Origin: Pseudomonas aeruginosa
Lineage (GTDB): Bacteria > Pseudomonadota > Gammaproteobacteria > Pseudomonadales > Pseudomonadaceae
NCBI RefSeq assembly: GCF_001457615.1
Contig: NZ_LN831024.1
Span: 2,670,001 to 2,702,000 of the forward strand
Length of the DNA: 32,000 nucleotides
Direction: 5' to 3'
Shown: positions 1 to 8,256 of the stretch, piece by piece
Layout of the letters: each line of letters starts with the position of its first letter
Numbering within the stretch: position 1 is the stretch's first letter
Notes under the pieces: generated by a model
What the model was told of the DNA's origin: nothing
The model's input: only the letters and a program-made list of their open reading frames with translations
Database searches by the model: none
Translations under genes and position numbers: made by a program

Positions 1-193
1 CGCATTTGCTGCGGTCGGTCTTCTGCGCTTGCGCTTCCAGTTGTTGCTTCTGCAGGCGCTTTTCGCGCAGTTCTTTCTGCGCGGCGCGGAATTCGGCGTT
101 GTACTGCCAGGAGCGTTCGCTGCCGTCCTGGGCCTGGGCAGTGGCGGCGCCGGTCGCCAGCAGGGCGGCCAGCAGCATCGGGATGATCTTCAT
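1..193 (-). CDS. 5' part of a small secreted hypothetical protein; the gene continues past the window start
   Basis: ATG at 193-191 (minus) follows a GAGAGG-like SD. Translation MKIIPMLLAALLATGAATAQAQDGSERSWQYNAEFRAAQKELREKRLQ... has a Sec-type signal peptide (AQA|QD) followed by a charged region. It is absent from the ORF track because it runs off the edge. Confidence 0.5.
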   Translation of the reverse strand, partial: MKIIPMLLAALLATGAATAQAQDGSERSWQYNAEFRAAQKELREKRLQKQQLEAQAQKTDRSKC

Positions 194-555
194 GGCAAAC
201 CTCTCGGGTTGGCTCGTCGCCGGGGCGAGGTATTCGTCCCGTTTGAGCAAAGAGTAAGAGCGGACGGATTACCCGAGGGTGAGTGGAAAATTACGTTTCC
301 GATAACTTCGGCGATGCTCCGTTGCATGGCGGAGGAGTCTGCGCGAAGCGCATTAAGTGCGAGTTAAGATTGCGGAAAAGTAATCCCCGCCTCATGTCTG
401 CGTCATTTCCCCGGTTCCAGAATCAGCCCCACGGTCAATGCCGGTTGCGGCAGGACTGCGCGGGGGCGCGATCGACCAGAAGTTCACGCACAGCCAGCGC
501 CGCAAGGCATGGCCGCAGAAGAAAAACAGACATGAACCGATCTGGAGCAATCGCC

Positions 556-1902
556 ATGCAAGGGGATGGAAAGAAACGACTGTGGACGCTTCCACTGCTG
601 CTGGGCGCCGGACTGATGGCCTCGGCCGTCGCCGAGGAGAACGCCGAGCGGAGCAAGGAAGGTTTCATCGAGGGCAGCGAGGTCAACCTGCTGCTGCGCA
701 ACTTCTACTTCAACCGCGACTTCCGCAAGGGCCAATCGAGCCCGGCGGGCGGCGGCTACACCGAGGAGTGGGTGCAGGGCTTCATGGCCAACTTTTCCTC
801 GGGCTTCACCCAGGGCACGCTGGGCGTCGGCATCGACGCCTTCGCCCAGCTCGGCGTGCGCCTGGACAGCGGCGGCGGGCGTTCCGGCGCCGGCGGTAGC
901 GTCGACCTGCTGCCCTATGACGACCAGGGGCGGCCGCAGGACGACTATTCGCGAGCCGGCGGCGCGGTCAAGCTGCGCTGGTACGGCACCGTGCTGCGGG
1001 TCGGCGACGTGTTCCCGGAAACCCCGGTGATCCAGTACGGCAACAGCCGGCTGTTCCCCTCCAGCTTCCGTGGCTTCACCCTGGTCAACGACAGCCTGGC
1101 GAAGGGCCTGACCCTGCAGGCCGGCAAGCTGAACTCGATGACCCAGCCGAACAGCACCAGCGGCAGCGACGACTTCTACAGCTTCTACACCGGCCGGCGC
1201 ATCGACTCGCCGTGGGTCGCCTACGCCGGCGGCGACTACCAGGCCACCGAGCACTGGAGCGTCAGCCTCTACGGCAGCCGCCAGAAGGACGCCTGGGACC
1301 AGTACTACGCCGGCACCAGCTTCAACTATCCGCTGGACGACAAGCTGTCCCTGCTCGGCGGCGCCAACTACTACAAGGTCAAGGACCAGGGCAGGCAGGT
1401 GATGGGCGAACTCGACAACGACATCTGGAGCGTGCGCGGCGGCTTCGCCTACGGTCCGCACCAGGTGCTGCTGTCGTACCAGCGCAACAACGGCGACGAC
1501 GACTTCGACTACCTGCGCCAGACCGACTCCATCTACCTGGACAACTCGATCCAGTACAGCGACTTCAACTCGCCCAAGGAACGCTCGCTGATGCTCCGCT
1601 ACGACCTCGACATGGCCGCCTTCGGCGTGCCGGGGCTGAGCTTCATGACCCGCTATGGCAAGGGCTGGGACGCCGATTATTCGAATGCCAACAGCGTCTA
1701 CATGCGCACCGACGCCAACGGCAACCCGCTGACCAACCAGGGCCGCTGGGAACGCGACGTGGAGGTCAAGTACGTGGTGCAGGGTGGCGCGGCCAAGGAC
1801 CTGGCGTTCCGCGTGCGCCAGGCCACCGTGCGCTCCGACAGCTTCGAGTCGGACCTCGACGAAGTCCGCCTGATCGTCGAATACCCGCTGCAAGTCCTCT
1901 GA
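556..1902 (+). CDS. opdT: OprD-family substrate-specific outer membrane porin (position matches PAO1 opdT/PA2505)
   Basis: The 283..1902 frame was trimmed to the ATG at 556, which has GGAG 9 nt upstream; the ATG at 532 is an alternative start. The signal peptide is ...LLLGAGLMASAVA|EE. OprD-family hallmarks are present (EGFIEGSEVNLLLRNFYFNRDFR, YQRNNGDDDFDYL, terminal ...RLIVEYPLQVL). The symbol rests on synteny counting from mexEF-oprN. Confidence 0.85.
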   Translation: MQGDGKKRLWTLPLLLGAGLMASAVAEENAERSKEGFIEGSEVNLLLRNFYFNRDFRKGQSSPAGGGYTEEWVQGFMANFSSGFTQGTLGVGIDAFAQLGVRLDSGGGRSGAGGSVDLLPYDDQGRPQDDYSRAGGAVKLRWYGTVLRVGDVFPETPVIQYGNSRLFPSSFRGFTLVNDSLAKGLTLQAGKLNSMTQPNSTSGSDDFYSFYTGRRIDSPWVAYAGGDYQATEHWSVSLYGSRQKDAWDQYYAGTSFNYPLDDKLSLLGGANYYKVKDQGRQVMGELDNDIWSVRGGFAYGPHQVLLSYQRNNGDDDFDYLRQTDSIYLDNSIQYSDFNSPKERSLMLRYDLDMAAFGVPGLSFMTRYGKGWDADYSNANSVYMRTDANGNPLTNQGRWERDVEVKYVVQGGAAKDLAFRVRQATVRSDSFESDLDEVRLIVEYPLQVL

Positions 1903-1910
1903 AGGCGCGC

Positions 1911-1932
1911 CGCCGCCCCGTCCGGGGCGGCG
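1911..1932 (+). terminator. GC-rich hairpin just after the porin stop; possible terminator
   Basis: CGCCGCCCC-gtcc-GGGGCGGCG forms a perfect 9-bp stem 9 nt after the stop codon. No T-tract follows, so an intrinsic-terminator call is weak. Confidence 0.3.
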
Positions 1933-2153
1933 CTCTGCGACAGCCCGTTGCTGGCGGCTGCGCGGCGGCGCTGCTACTTTCCTCTGGGTAGGCGGGCCGA
2001 AGGGCGGTTCCTGGCCGGGCATGGCTTCGACCTGCCGGTGGGCGCCGCGACCCGAACCTCGGCCACGCCATTCCACCCATGCCGCCCGGGCACCGGCGTG
2101 CCCGTGGCAGCCCAGGCTACGGGCGCCGCGTAGCCAGCCAAGCGGGAGTCGAC

Positions 2154-2771
2154 ATGGCCTCGTGGACCTTGGTGGACGCCAGTGCGATCGCTGTCCGCCA
2201 TCCCTACACCTTCTACAAACCGGACGCGGAGACCATCGACCGGGTCGCCGCCGGGGAAAGCGTCAAGCTGATCTTCGCCTTCGATACCGACAACCCCGAT
2301 GCGCCGCGCGCCGAGCGGCTCTGGGTGACGGTCGAGGGCATCGAGGCGGATGGCGCCTTCAGCGGCCGCCTGGACAACTATCCGCAATACATCCGCGACC
2401 TGTCGCTGGGCGAGCGCATCGTCTTCGAGGCGCGGCACATCATCAACACCGAGCACGACCCGCGGGAAACGCCGATCTCGCGCTATGCCCGGCGCTGCTT
2501 CGTGACGCGCCGGGTGATAGACGAGGGGAAGGCGGTCGGCTACCTCTACCGCGAGGCGCCGGAAGAGGAAAACGACAGCGGCTGGCGGCTGATGGCCGGC
2601 GACGAGTCGGACGACTACATGAATACCGCCGGGACCACCGCCTACGTCAGCCTGGGCTCGGTGCTGAACGCCGACGACAGCATCCTGCCGCTGCTCGACG
2701 CGCCGCCGGGACGGGCGTTCGAGCGGCTGGCCGACGGTTCCTTCATCGAGGTGCAGGGACCGGAGGGTTGA
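2154..2771 (+). CDS. Two-domain hypothetical protein: N-terminal DUF2314-like, C-terminal DUF2185/Imm33-like (immunity-type domain)
   Basis: ATG at 2154 has GGGAG 5 nt upstream. The N-terminal half (VKLIFAFDTD...ERLWVTVEGIEADGAFSGRLDNYP...LGERIVF) fits the DUF2314 pattern as I recall it. The C-terminal half (GYLYREAPEEENDSGWRLMAGDESDDY) carries the DSGW-type signature I associate with DUF2185/Imm33. Both domain calls are from memory. Confidence 0.7.
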   Translation: MASWTLVDASAIAVRHPYTFYKPDAETIDRVAAGESVKLIFAFDTDNPDAPRAERLWVTVEGIEADGAFSGRLDNYPQYIRDLSLGERIVFEARHIINTEHDPRETPISRYARRCFVTRRVIDEGKAVGYLYREAPEEENDSGWRLMAGDESDDYMNTAGTTAYVSLGSVLNADDSILPLLDAPPGRAFERLADGSFIEVQGPEG

Positions 2772-2774
2772 GCC

Positions 2775-4028
2775 TCAGCCTGGCAGCTCGGCGAGGAAGC
2801 GCTCCAGGCGCTCGGCCAGGGCCAGGTAGTCGTCGGGACTGCGGTTGCTGCCCATCTTTCCCGACCTGACCCGCCTGGCGTCGCTGCGCTCGCGCTCGGC
2901 GCGGCTGGCGAGGGCCAGACGCAGGGCGCTGGCCCTCGCCGGCGACTCCTCCAGCAGCGGTCGCGCCATGATCCGCGCGGCGTCGGCGTCGCCGTATTGC
3001 AGGGCGAGGAGCACCGTATTCGGGTCGGAGATCGCGCCGAGCCGCAACAGGCGTTCGGCCAGGACCGCATCGAGGTGCGCGGCGCCAATCTGCAGGCTGT
3101 CCTGGTGCACCGCGACGCCCTGGTCGAGCAGCCATCTGGCGGCCTCCAGGCGCCCGCGGGCGAGGCAGGCCTCCAGCACACCGCCGCGTCCGCGCAAGGT
3201 TTCGGCGAAGTCGCAGCCGGCATCGCGCAGGCGTTGCAGCAGGTCGATGTCGCCGTCTTGCGCAGCTTCGGCCAGGGCCAGTTGACGCAGCCTTGGCTCG
3301 GCGGCCAGGCTGCCGTCGGCGAGGGCCGGCCGCCAGTCGAGGATGCGCTGGCGCAGCAGGACTTCCAGGCGGCCCTTCAGCGCCTTGCCGGGCTCCCCGG
3401 CGGCCTCCAGGGCGTCCAGCGCTTCCAGTAGCTCGTCGGCCACGCCGCAGGCGTTCTCGGCGTCGAACGGGTCCTGTTCGAAGGACAGCAGGCGGAACAG
3501 CCCGCCGACGTCGTCGGCCAGGCGCGTCACCGAATCCTGGTGCAGGCGTCCGGCCCAGGCCGGCGGCAGGCCGTGGCTCCAGGCGATTACCGCGCCATGC
3601 TCGGGGCCGGGTTCGACGCAGACGTAGAGCCGCTCCAGGTACTCGAAGCCACCGAACGGCAGGTAGGCCAGCTTGCCGTTCCAGTCGCGGCCTTCTTCTG
3701 CCGCGGCTTCTGCCGCCAGCTCGCGCTCGTGTTCGATCCAGCCCCAGAGGTCGTGGTAGCCGTCGCTGTCCGGATAGAACAGTTCGCTGAAAGAGAACGG
3801 GTGGCGGTGGCCGTCGTAGTCGACTTCCAGGTCATAGCCGAGGCGCCCGCCGAAACAGGTGCGCCAGAGGCGTAGCAGGTCTTCTGGAATCGGTCCGGCC
3901 AGGCCTTCGGCAAGACGCTGGACGTGTTCGGCGGACACCGGCGGTTGGGCGTCGTACACCACGCAGCCGTCGAACACGGCCAGGCGATGGGCCAGCAGGA
4001 GTTGGCGTTCGGCGGGGGAGAGTTCCAT
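2775..4028 (-). CDS. SMI1/KNR4 (SUKH-1) domain protein fused to C-terminal ankyrin-like repeats
   Basis: 417-aa ORF. The N-terminus shows the SUKH pattern (IPEDLLRLWRTCFGGRLGYD ... LAYLPFGGFEYLERLYVCVEP..HGAVIAW). The C-terminal half has ANK-like helical repeats (DIDLLQRLRDAGCDF..., LEAARWLLDQGVAVH...). The gene is convergent with the previous gene, with only 3 nt between the two stop codons. Confidence 0.8.
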   Translation of the reverse strand: MELSPAERQLLLAHRLAVFDGCVVYDAQPPVSAEHVQRLAEGLAGPIPEDLLRLWRTCFGGRLGYDLEVDYDGHRHPFSFSELFYPDSDGYHDLWGWIEHERELAAEAAAEEGRDWNGKLAYLPFGGFEYLERLYVCVEPGPEHGAVIAWSHGLPPAWAGRLHQDSVTRLADDVGGLFRLLSFEQDPFDAENACGVADELLEALDALEAAGEPGKALKGRLEVLLRQRILDWRPALADGSLAAEPRLRQLALAEAAQDGDIDLLQRLRDAGCDFAETLRGRGGVLEACLARGRLEAARWLLDQGVAVHQDSLQIGAAHLDAVLAERLLRLGAISDPNTVLLALQYGDADAARIMARPLLEESPARASALRLALASRAERERSDARRVRSGKMGSNRSPDDYLALAERLERFLAELPG

Positions 4029-4145
4029 TCTCTGTGGTCCTGTCGATTCGGGGCGGCCACTCTAGCACGGCGAGGGTGCGCGTTCCGCAACGCCTTGGCT
4101 ATCATGCGCGGCTTTCCATCCGCCCTGGCCGGAGTCCGTCGAACC

Positions 4146-5486
4146 ATGCACACCTTGCAGCAACTGCGCAGCGGCGAACTGGCCGGCGCCACGCGCCTGG
4201 ACCTGTCCTGCGGCCTGCGCGAGTTCCCCCGGGAAATCTTCGAGCTGGCCGACTCCCTGGAGGTGCTCAACCTCAGCGGCAACGCCCTGGACAGCCTGCC
4301 GGACGACCTCGGGCGGCTGCATCGTCTCAAGGTGCTGTTCTGTTCCGCCAACGACTTCGACGAATTGCCGGCGGCGGTGGGGGACTGTCCGGCGCTGAGC
4401 ATGGTCGGCTTCAAGTCCAACCGCATCGAGCGGGTGCCGGCCGCGGCCCTGCCGCCAGCGCTGCGCTGGCTGATCCTCACCGACAACCGGATTGCCACGC
4501 TGCCCGAGGAACTGGGTCGCCGGCCGTTGCAGAAGCTGATGCTGGCCGGCAACCGCCTGGAGGCCTTGCCCGAGAGCATGGCCGCTTGCGAAGGCCTGGA
4601 ACTGCTGCGGATCGCCGCCAACCGTTTCCAGCGCCTGCCGGCCTGGCTGGCGACGCTGCCGCGCCTGGCCTGGCTGGCCTACGCCGGCAACCCGTTGTGC
4701 CGTCTGCCGGCGCTGGCCGACAGCGGCATCGCTGCGCTGGACTGGAGCGAGCTGAGCCTGGACGGTTTGATCGGCGAAGGAGCCTCCGGGGTCATCCATC
4801 GCGCCGGCTGGCACCAGCCGGACGGCTCGACGCGCACGGTGGCGCTGAAGCTGTTCAAGGGCGAAGTGACCAGCGATGGCACCCCCGCCAGCGAGATGGC
4901 CGCCTGCCTGGCGGCGGGGCGCCATGCGCAATTGATCGAGGTGCTCGGCCAGCTCGCCGGGCATCCGCAAGGGCGCGACGGGCTGGTGCTGGAGCTGCTC
5001 GACGACGCCTATCGCAACCTGGCGGGGCCGCCGAGCCTGGAGTCCTGTACCCGCGACGTCTATCCGCCGGGACTGCGCTTCGAGCTGGCCACGGCGCTGC
5101 GCCTGGCGGCCTCGCTCGCCGCGTTGATGGCCCATCTGCATGGACGCGGCATCAGCCATGGCGACTTCTATGCGCATAACATCCTCTGGCGCGAGGATGG
5201 CGCCTGCCTGCTGGGCGATTTCGGCGCCGCGTCCTTTCTCCCGGACGACGCCGTGCTCGCCGGCGCCCTGCGGCGCCTGGAAGTACGTGCCTTCGCCTGC
5301 CTGCTGGAAGAGTTGCTCGAGCGCAGCGAGGCGCCGCCGGGGCAGGCCTCGCTACGTGCGGTGCTGGTCGAGTTGCAGCGACGTTGCGCGCTGCCACGGG
5401 TGAGCGAGCGGCCGGACTTCGGCGAGATCCAGGCGATCTTGCGCGACCTTGCCGCTCGCAGCCAGGCGTTTCCTCAAGTTCGATGA
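4146..5486 (+). CDS. Leucine-rich-repeat + eukaryotic-like Ser/Thr protein kinase fusion (446 aa)
   Basis: About 8 tandem ~23-aa LRRs are present (LEVLNLSGNALDSLPDDLGRLHRLKVL..., LILTDNRIATLPEELG..., LMLAGNRLEALPESM...). A kinase core follows: G-loop GEGASGV, VALK Lys (aa ~235), catalytic HGDFYAHN (D340/N345), and DFG (D358). The ATG at 4146 was chosen as the start; the ATG at 4104 is an alternative. Confidence 0.85.
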   Translation: MHTLQQLRSGELAGATRLDLSCGLREFPREIFELADSLEVLNLSGNALDSLPDDLGRLHRLKVLFCSANDFDELPAAVGDCPALSMVGFKSNRIERVPAAALPPALRWLILTDNRIATLPEELGRRPLQKLMLAGNRLEALPESMAACEGLELLRIAANRFQRLPAWLATLPRLAWLAYAGNPLCRLPALADSGIAALDWSELSLDGLIGEGASGVIHRAGWHQPDGSTRTVALKLFKGEVTSDGTPASEMAACLAAGRHAQLIEVLGQLAGHPQGRDGLVLELLDDAYRNLAGPPSLESCTRDVYPPGLRFELATALRLAASLAALMAHLHGRGISHGDFYAHNILWREDGACLLGDFGAASFLPDDAVLAGALRRLEVRAFACLLEELLERSEAPPGQASLRAVLVELQRRCALPRVSERPDFGEIQAILRDLAARSQAFPQVR

Positions 5487-5589
5487 ATTTGTCCGAAATT
5501 GACCGCAGGCTGATAAATATCAACGCAGTTCTAGCGGGCTTGGAGCTAGACTGACAAGTATGTCAGGAACGCGGCCAACGAGGGTAAAC

Positions 5590-5757
5590 ATGGATTCCTA
5601 CGGCGTCACTTTCGCAATCATCGTGCTGGGCATGCTCTTCATCGGCACGGGTTTCACCAAGCGCGACACGCCGTTCGGCCTGTTCCTCATGTGGGTCGGG
5701 GTGATCTGCATGCTGGCCATCATCAGCTACCGCATCTATATCGCCACCCATTACTGA
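5590..5757 (+). CDS. Small 2-TM membrane protein (55 aa)
   Basis: ATG at 5590 follows GAGGG with a 6-nt spacer; the ORF-track start at 5560 lacks an SD. The sequence MDSYGVTFAIIVLGMLFIGTGF...FGLFLMWVGVICMLAIISYRIY contains two hydrophobic helices. Confidence 0.55.
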   Translation: MDSYGVTFAIIVLGMLFIGTGFTKRDTPFGLFLMWVGVICMLAIISYRIYIATHY

Positions 5758-5800
5758 AGCGCCACCCGCGCCTGCAATGGCGGGCGCGGAGGTCCGCCGC

Positions 5801-7027
5801 TCAGTCGCGCGTCTCGCCCATGGCCCGGGCATAGCCGGACGGGGCGAAGCGCAGGGTCACCAGCAACATCGCCACCACGCTCGCCGCGAGCAGCAGCCAG
5901 GAGGCCTGGAAGCTGCCGGTGACGTCGCGCAGCCAGCCGGTCAGGTAGGGCACGATGCCTGTGATGATGAAGCCGATGCCTTGCACGAAGGCCGCCAGGC
6001 TTCCCGCCGCACGCGGCTCGTGGAGGTGGTCGAGGGTCAGGGTCAGGCTGAGGGCGAAGCAGGCGCCCAGGCCGTAGCCGATCAACGCCACCCACAGTGC
6101 CGCATGCTGTAGCGGCATCAGCAGCAGGCCGCAGAAGCCGCCGAGCTGGACCAGCAGCGCGGCCAGCAGCCAGGGCCGGCGGTCGAGGCGGCGGCGAATC
6201 AGCAGCGGCACGCTGAGCGCGGCGAGCACCTGGAAGATGGTCATGATCCCGACCAGCCCGCCGCTGTCCTGGGCGCTCCAGCCGAGCTGGCGGTAGTACA
6301 CCGGCAACCAGGCCACCATGCTGGTGTAGCCGCCGTTGATCAGCCCGAAATACACCGCCAGCAGCCAGCCACGGCGATTGCCGAAGAAGTGCCGGACCGG
6401 CCCCTCGCCAGCGCTCGGCAGCACCTCCCTTGGCCGCGCGAACATCCACAGCAGCAGCGCCAGCAGGGCCGGTACGGCCCAGGCGCCGAGGCCGGCCTGC
6501 CAGTTGGAGAAGTGTTCGGCGATCCGCGGGCTGAGCACCGCCGCGGTTCCGCCGCCGGCCATCAGCGAGGCCGAGTAGAGGCCCATCGCCGCCGGGACCC
6601 GCCTCGGGAACCAGCGCTTGACCACGCCCGGTACCAGCGCCTGGATGATCGCCACGCCGCTGCCGGCCAGCGCGGCGCTGGCGATCAGCGCCAGCCCGCT
6701 ATCCAGTTCCAGGCGCCAGAGGCAGGCCGCGGCGATGGCCAGCAGTCCGCAGACGATGCCGCGGTGCTCGGCCAGCCAGCGCCCGAGCCAGGGCAGCAAC
6801 AGCGCCACCAGGCCCATGCAGAGCACCGGCAACACCGTCAGCAGCGACGCGCCCTGGAAGCCGAGACCGGTGCCGGCGGTGATTTCCTCGAGCAGCGGGC
6901 CGATGCCGGTGAGGATCGGTCGCAGGTTGATGCCGAGGCAGAAGATCACCAGCAGGCCGACCCAACTGACCTCCGCCGCGCCGACGCCGGTGGCGGCCTG
7001 GCCGCCGGAAGGGATTCGCGCGCTCAT
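5801..7027 (-). CDS. MFS transporter, CynX/cyanate-permease-like (408 aa)
   Basis: The 487-aa frame was trimmed to the ATG at 7027, which overlaps the upstream gene's stop as ATGA (7024-7027). The protein has ~12 hydrophobic segments, and its sequence (LGINLRPILTGIGPLLEEI..., GGYTSMVAWLPVYY) is typical of the CynX-type MFS_1 family. Confidence 0.85.
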   Translation of the reverse strand: MSARIPSGGQAATGVGAAEVSWVGLLVIFCLGINLRPILTGIGPLLEEITAGTGLGFQGASLLTVLPVLCMGLVALLLPWLGRWLAEHRGIVCGLLAIAAACLWRLELDSGLALIASAALAGSGVAIIQALVPGVVKRWFPRRVPAAMGLYSASLMAGGGTAAVLSPRIAEHFSNWQAGLGAWAVPALLALLLWMFARPREVLPSAGEGPVRHFFGNRRGWLLAVYFGLINGGYTSMVAWLPVYYRQLGWSAQDSGGLVGIMTIFQVLAALSVPLLIRRRLDRRPWLLAALLVQLGGFCGLLLMPLQHAALWVALIGYGLGACFALSLTLTLDHLHEPRAAGSLAAFVQGIGFIITGIVPYLTGWLRDVTGSFQASWLLLAASVVAMLLVTLRFAPSGYARAMGETRD

Positions 7028-7479
7028 GCCTGGCGTTGCCGCCATTGCCGGTACAGACCCTCTTCGCCGGCAGGACGCAGGGCGCGTAGCGGCAGGCTCT
7101 GCCGCTGTGGCGGGCGCGCCATCTCGGCGTAGAGCGTGGCCGTGGACAGGCCGAACGCTTCGCCGTCCTCGTTGGAATAGGCGAACCAGGCCGCCTGGAT
7201 GCCGCAGAGATGCATGGCGGCCAGACACATCGGGCAGGGATGGCCGCTGGCGTAGATCACACAACCGTCCAGACGCGGGCTGCCGAGCGCCTGACTGGCC
7301 TGGCGGATCGCCTGCAGTTCGGCGTGGGCACTGGGATCGTGGGTCTCGTGGATCTGGTTGACGCCGCGGGCCAGGACCCGCCCGTCGCGCACCAGCACGG
7401 CGCCGAACGGGCGGCCGCCGGCCTCGACGTTGGCGCGGGCGAGGGCGATGGCCTCGCGCATGAAGATTTCATCGGACAT
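7024..7479 (-). CDS. CDA-fold zinc deaminase, guanine-deaminase (B. subtilis GuaD)-like
   Basis: ATG at 7479 is preceded by AAGGAGAA. The zinc and catalytic motifs HAE (DPSAHAELQAIR) and PCPMC are present. Overall length and order resemble GuaD/TadA-type deaminases. Confidence 0.85.
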   Translation of the reverse strand: MSDEIFMREAIALARANVEAGGRPFGAVLVRDGRVLARGVNQIHETHDPSAHAELQAIRQASQALGSPRLDGCVIYASGHPCPMCLAAMHLCGIQAAWFAYSNEDGEAFGLSTATLYAEMARPPQRQSLPLRALRPAGEEGLYRQWRQRQA

Positions 7480-7496
7480 GTCTTTCTCCTTCGCTT

Positions 7497-8162
7497 TCAT
7501 TGGGCGCCGGCGGCCAGCAGCAGCCGCTCGATCCCGCCCTGGCCGCGCTGGCGGGCGTGGGCCAGCGGGCTGACGCCGTCGGCATCGGCCAGGTTGACGT
7601 CGGCGCCGGCGTCGATCAGCAGGCGCACGATCTCCTGGTGGCGCGGACCACCGTCACTCAGCAGGATCGCCTCGAGCAGCCCGGTCCAGCCGAGCTTGTT
7701 GACATGGTTGGGATCGACCCCGGCTTGCAGCAGCGTCTTCACCACTTCCACATGGCCGCGTTCGCAGGCCGGGATCAGCGCGGTGCCGCCATAGCGGTTG
7801 GTACTCTTCAGGTCGGCGCCGTGGAGCAGGGTCAGGCGCAGGATTTCCAGGCGGCCCTCGGCGCCGGCCAGCAGATACGGGCTGTCGAGCCGGCTGTTCT
7901 GCCGGTTGACGTCGGCGCCGGCCTCGATCAACTGGCGCGCCACCGCCAGGTGGTCGTTGGCGGTGGCCAGCAGCAGCGGGGTGCTGCCGTCGGCGCTGGG
8001 CGCGTCGACCTCGACCTTGCGTTCGAGCAGGCTGGCGACCTGCGCGGTATCGCCGCGACGCGCGGCTTCGAGCAATGCTCCGGCGTCGCTCGCGCCGGCG
8101 CCTCCGCTGAATGCTGCGCAGACCAGCATGGCTCCGCTCCTGCATAGATTGGCCAGGGACAT
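7497..8162 (-). CDS. Secreted (signal-peptide) ankyrin-repeat protein
   Basis: The N-terminus MSLANLCRSGAMLVCAAFSGGAGA|SD looks like a Sec signal. It is followed by ~5 ANK repeats (GSTPLLLATANDHLAVARQLIEAGADVN, GGTALIPACERGHVEVVKTLLQAGVDPN, ...). This is the first gene of an apparent ank-deaminase-MFS operon. Confidence 0.85.
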   Translation of the reverse strand: MSLANLCRSGAMLVCAAFSGGAGASDAGALLEAARRGDTAQVASLLERKVEVDAPSADGSTPLLLATANDHLAVARQLIEAGADVNRQNSRLDSPYLLAGAEGRLEILRLTLLHGADLKSTNRYGGTALIPACERGHVEVVKTLLQAGVDPNHVNKLGWTGLLEAILLSDGGPRHQEIVRLLIDAGADVNLADADGVSPLAHARQRGQGGIERLLLAAGAQ

Positions 8163-8256
8163 GTCGATGGGCTCCGATAGGCGTTGGCGAAAAGTATGGC
8201 GTCGATGTCATGTATGCTGAAATTAAATGATGTAATGCCTTTCAGTGGGAGTGTGC

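Noticed and set aside
283-555. N-terminal extensions offered by the ORF track: porin 283.., kinase 3924.., MFS ..7264, oprN ..11861, AraC ..21363, HK ..28078, tsdA 25165.., DinB 8849...
   Set aside because: The extensions overlap neighbouring genes or intergenic DNA, lack an SD and have Arg-rich junk composition. Internal starts give proper signal peptides, ATGA coupling or SD sequences.
5758-5800. GC-rich inverted repeat (CCGCGCC...GGCGCGG) between the convergent small membrane gene and the MFS gene, considered as a bidirectional terminator.
   Set aside because: Several alternative pairings are possible and no U-tract lies on either strand. The evidence is too weak to annotate.
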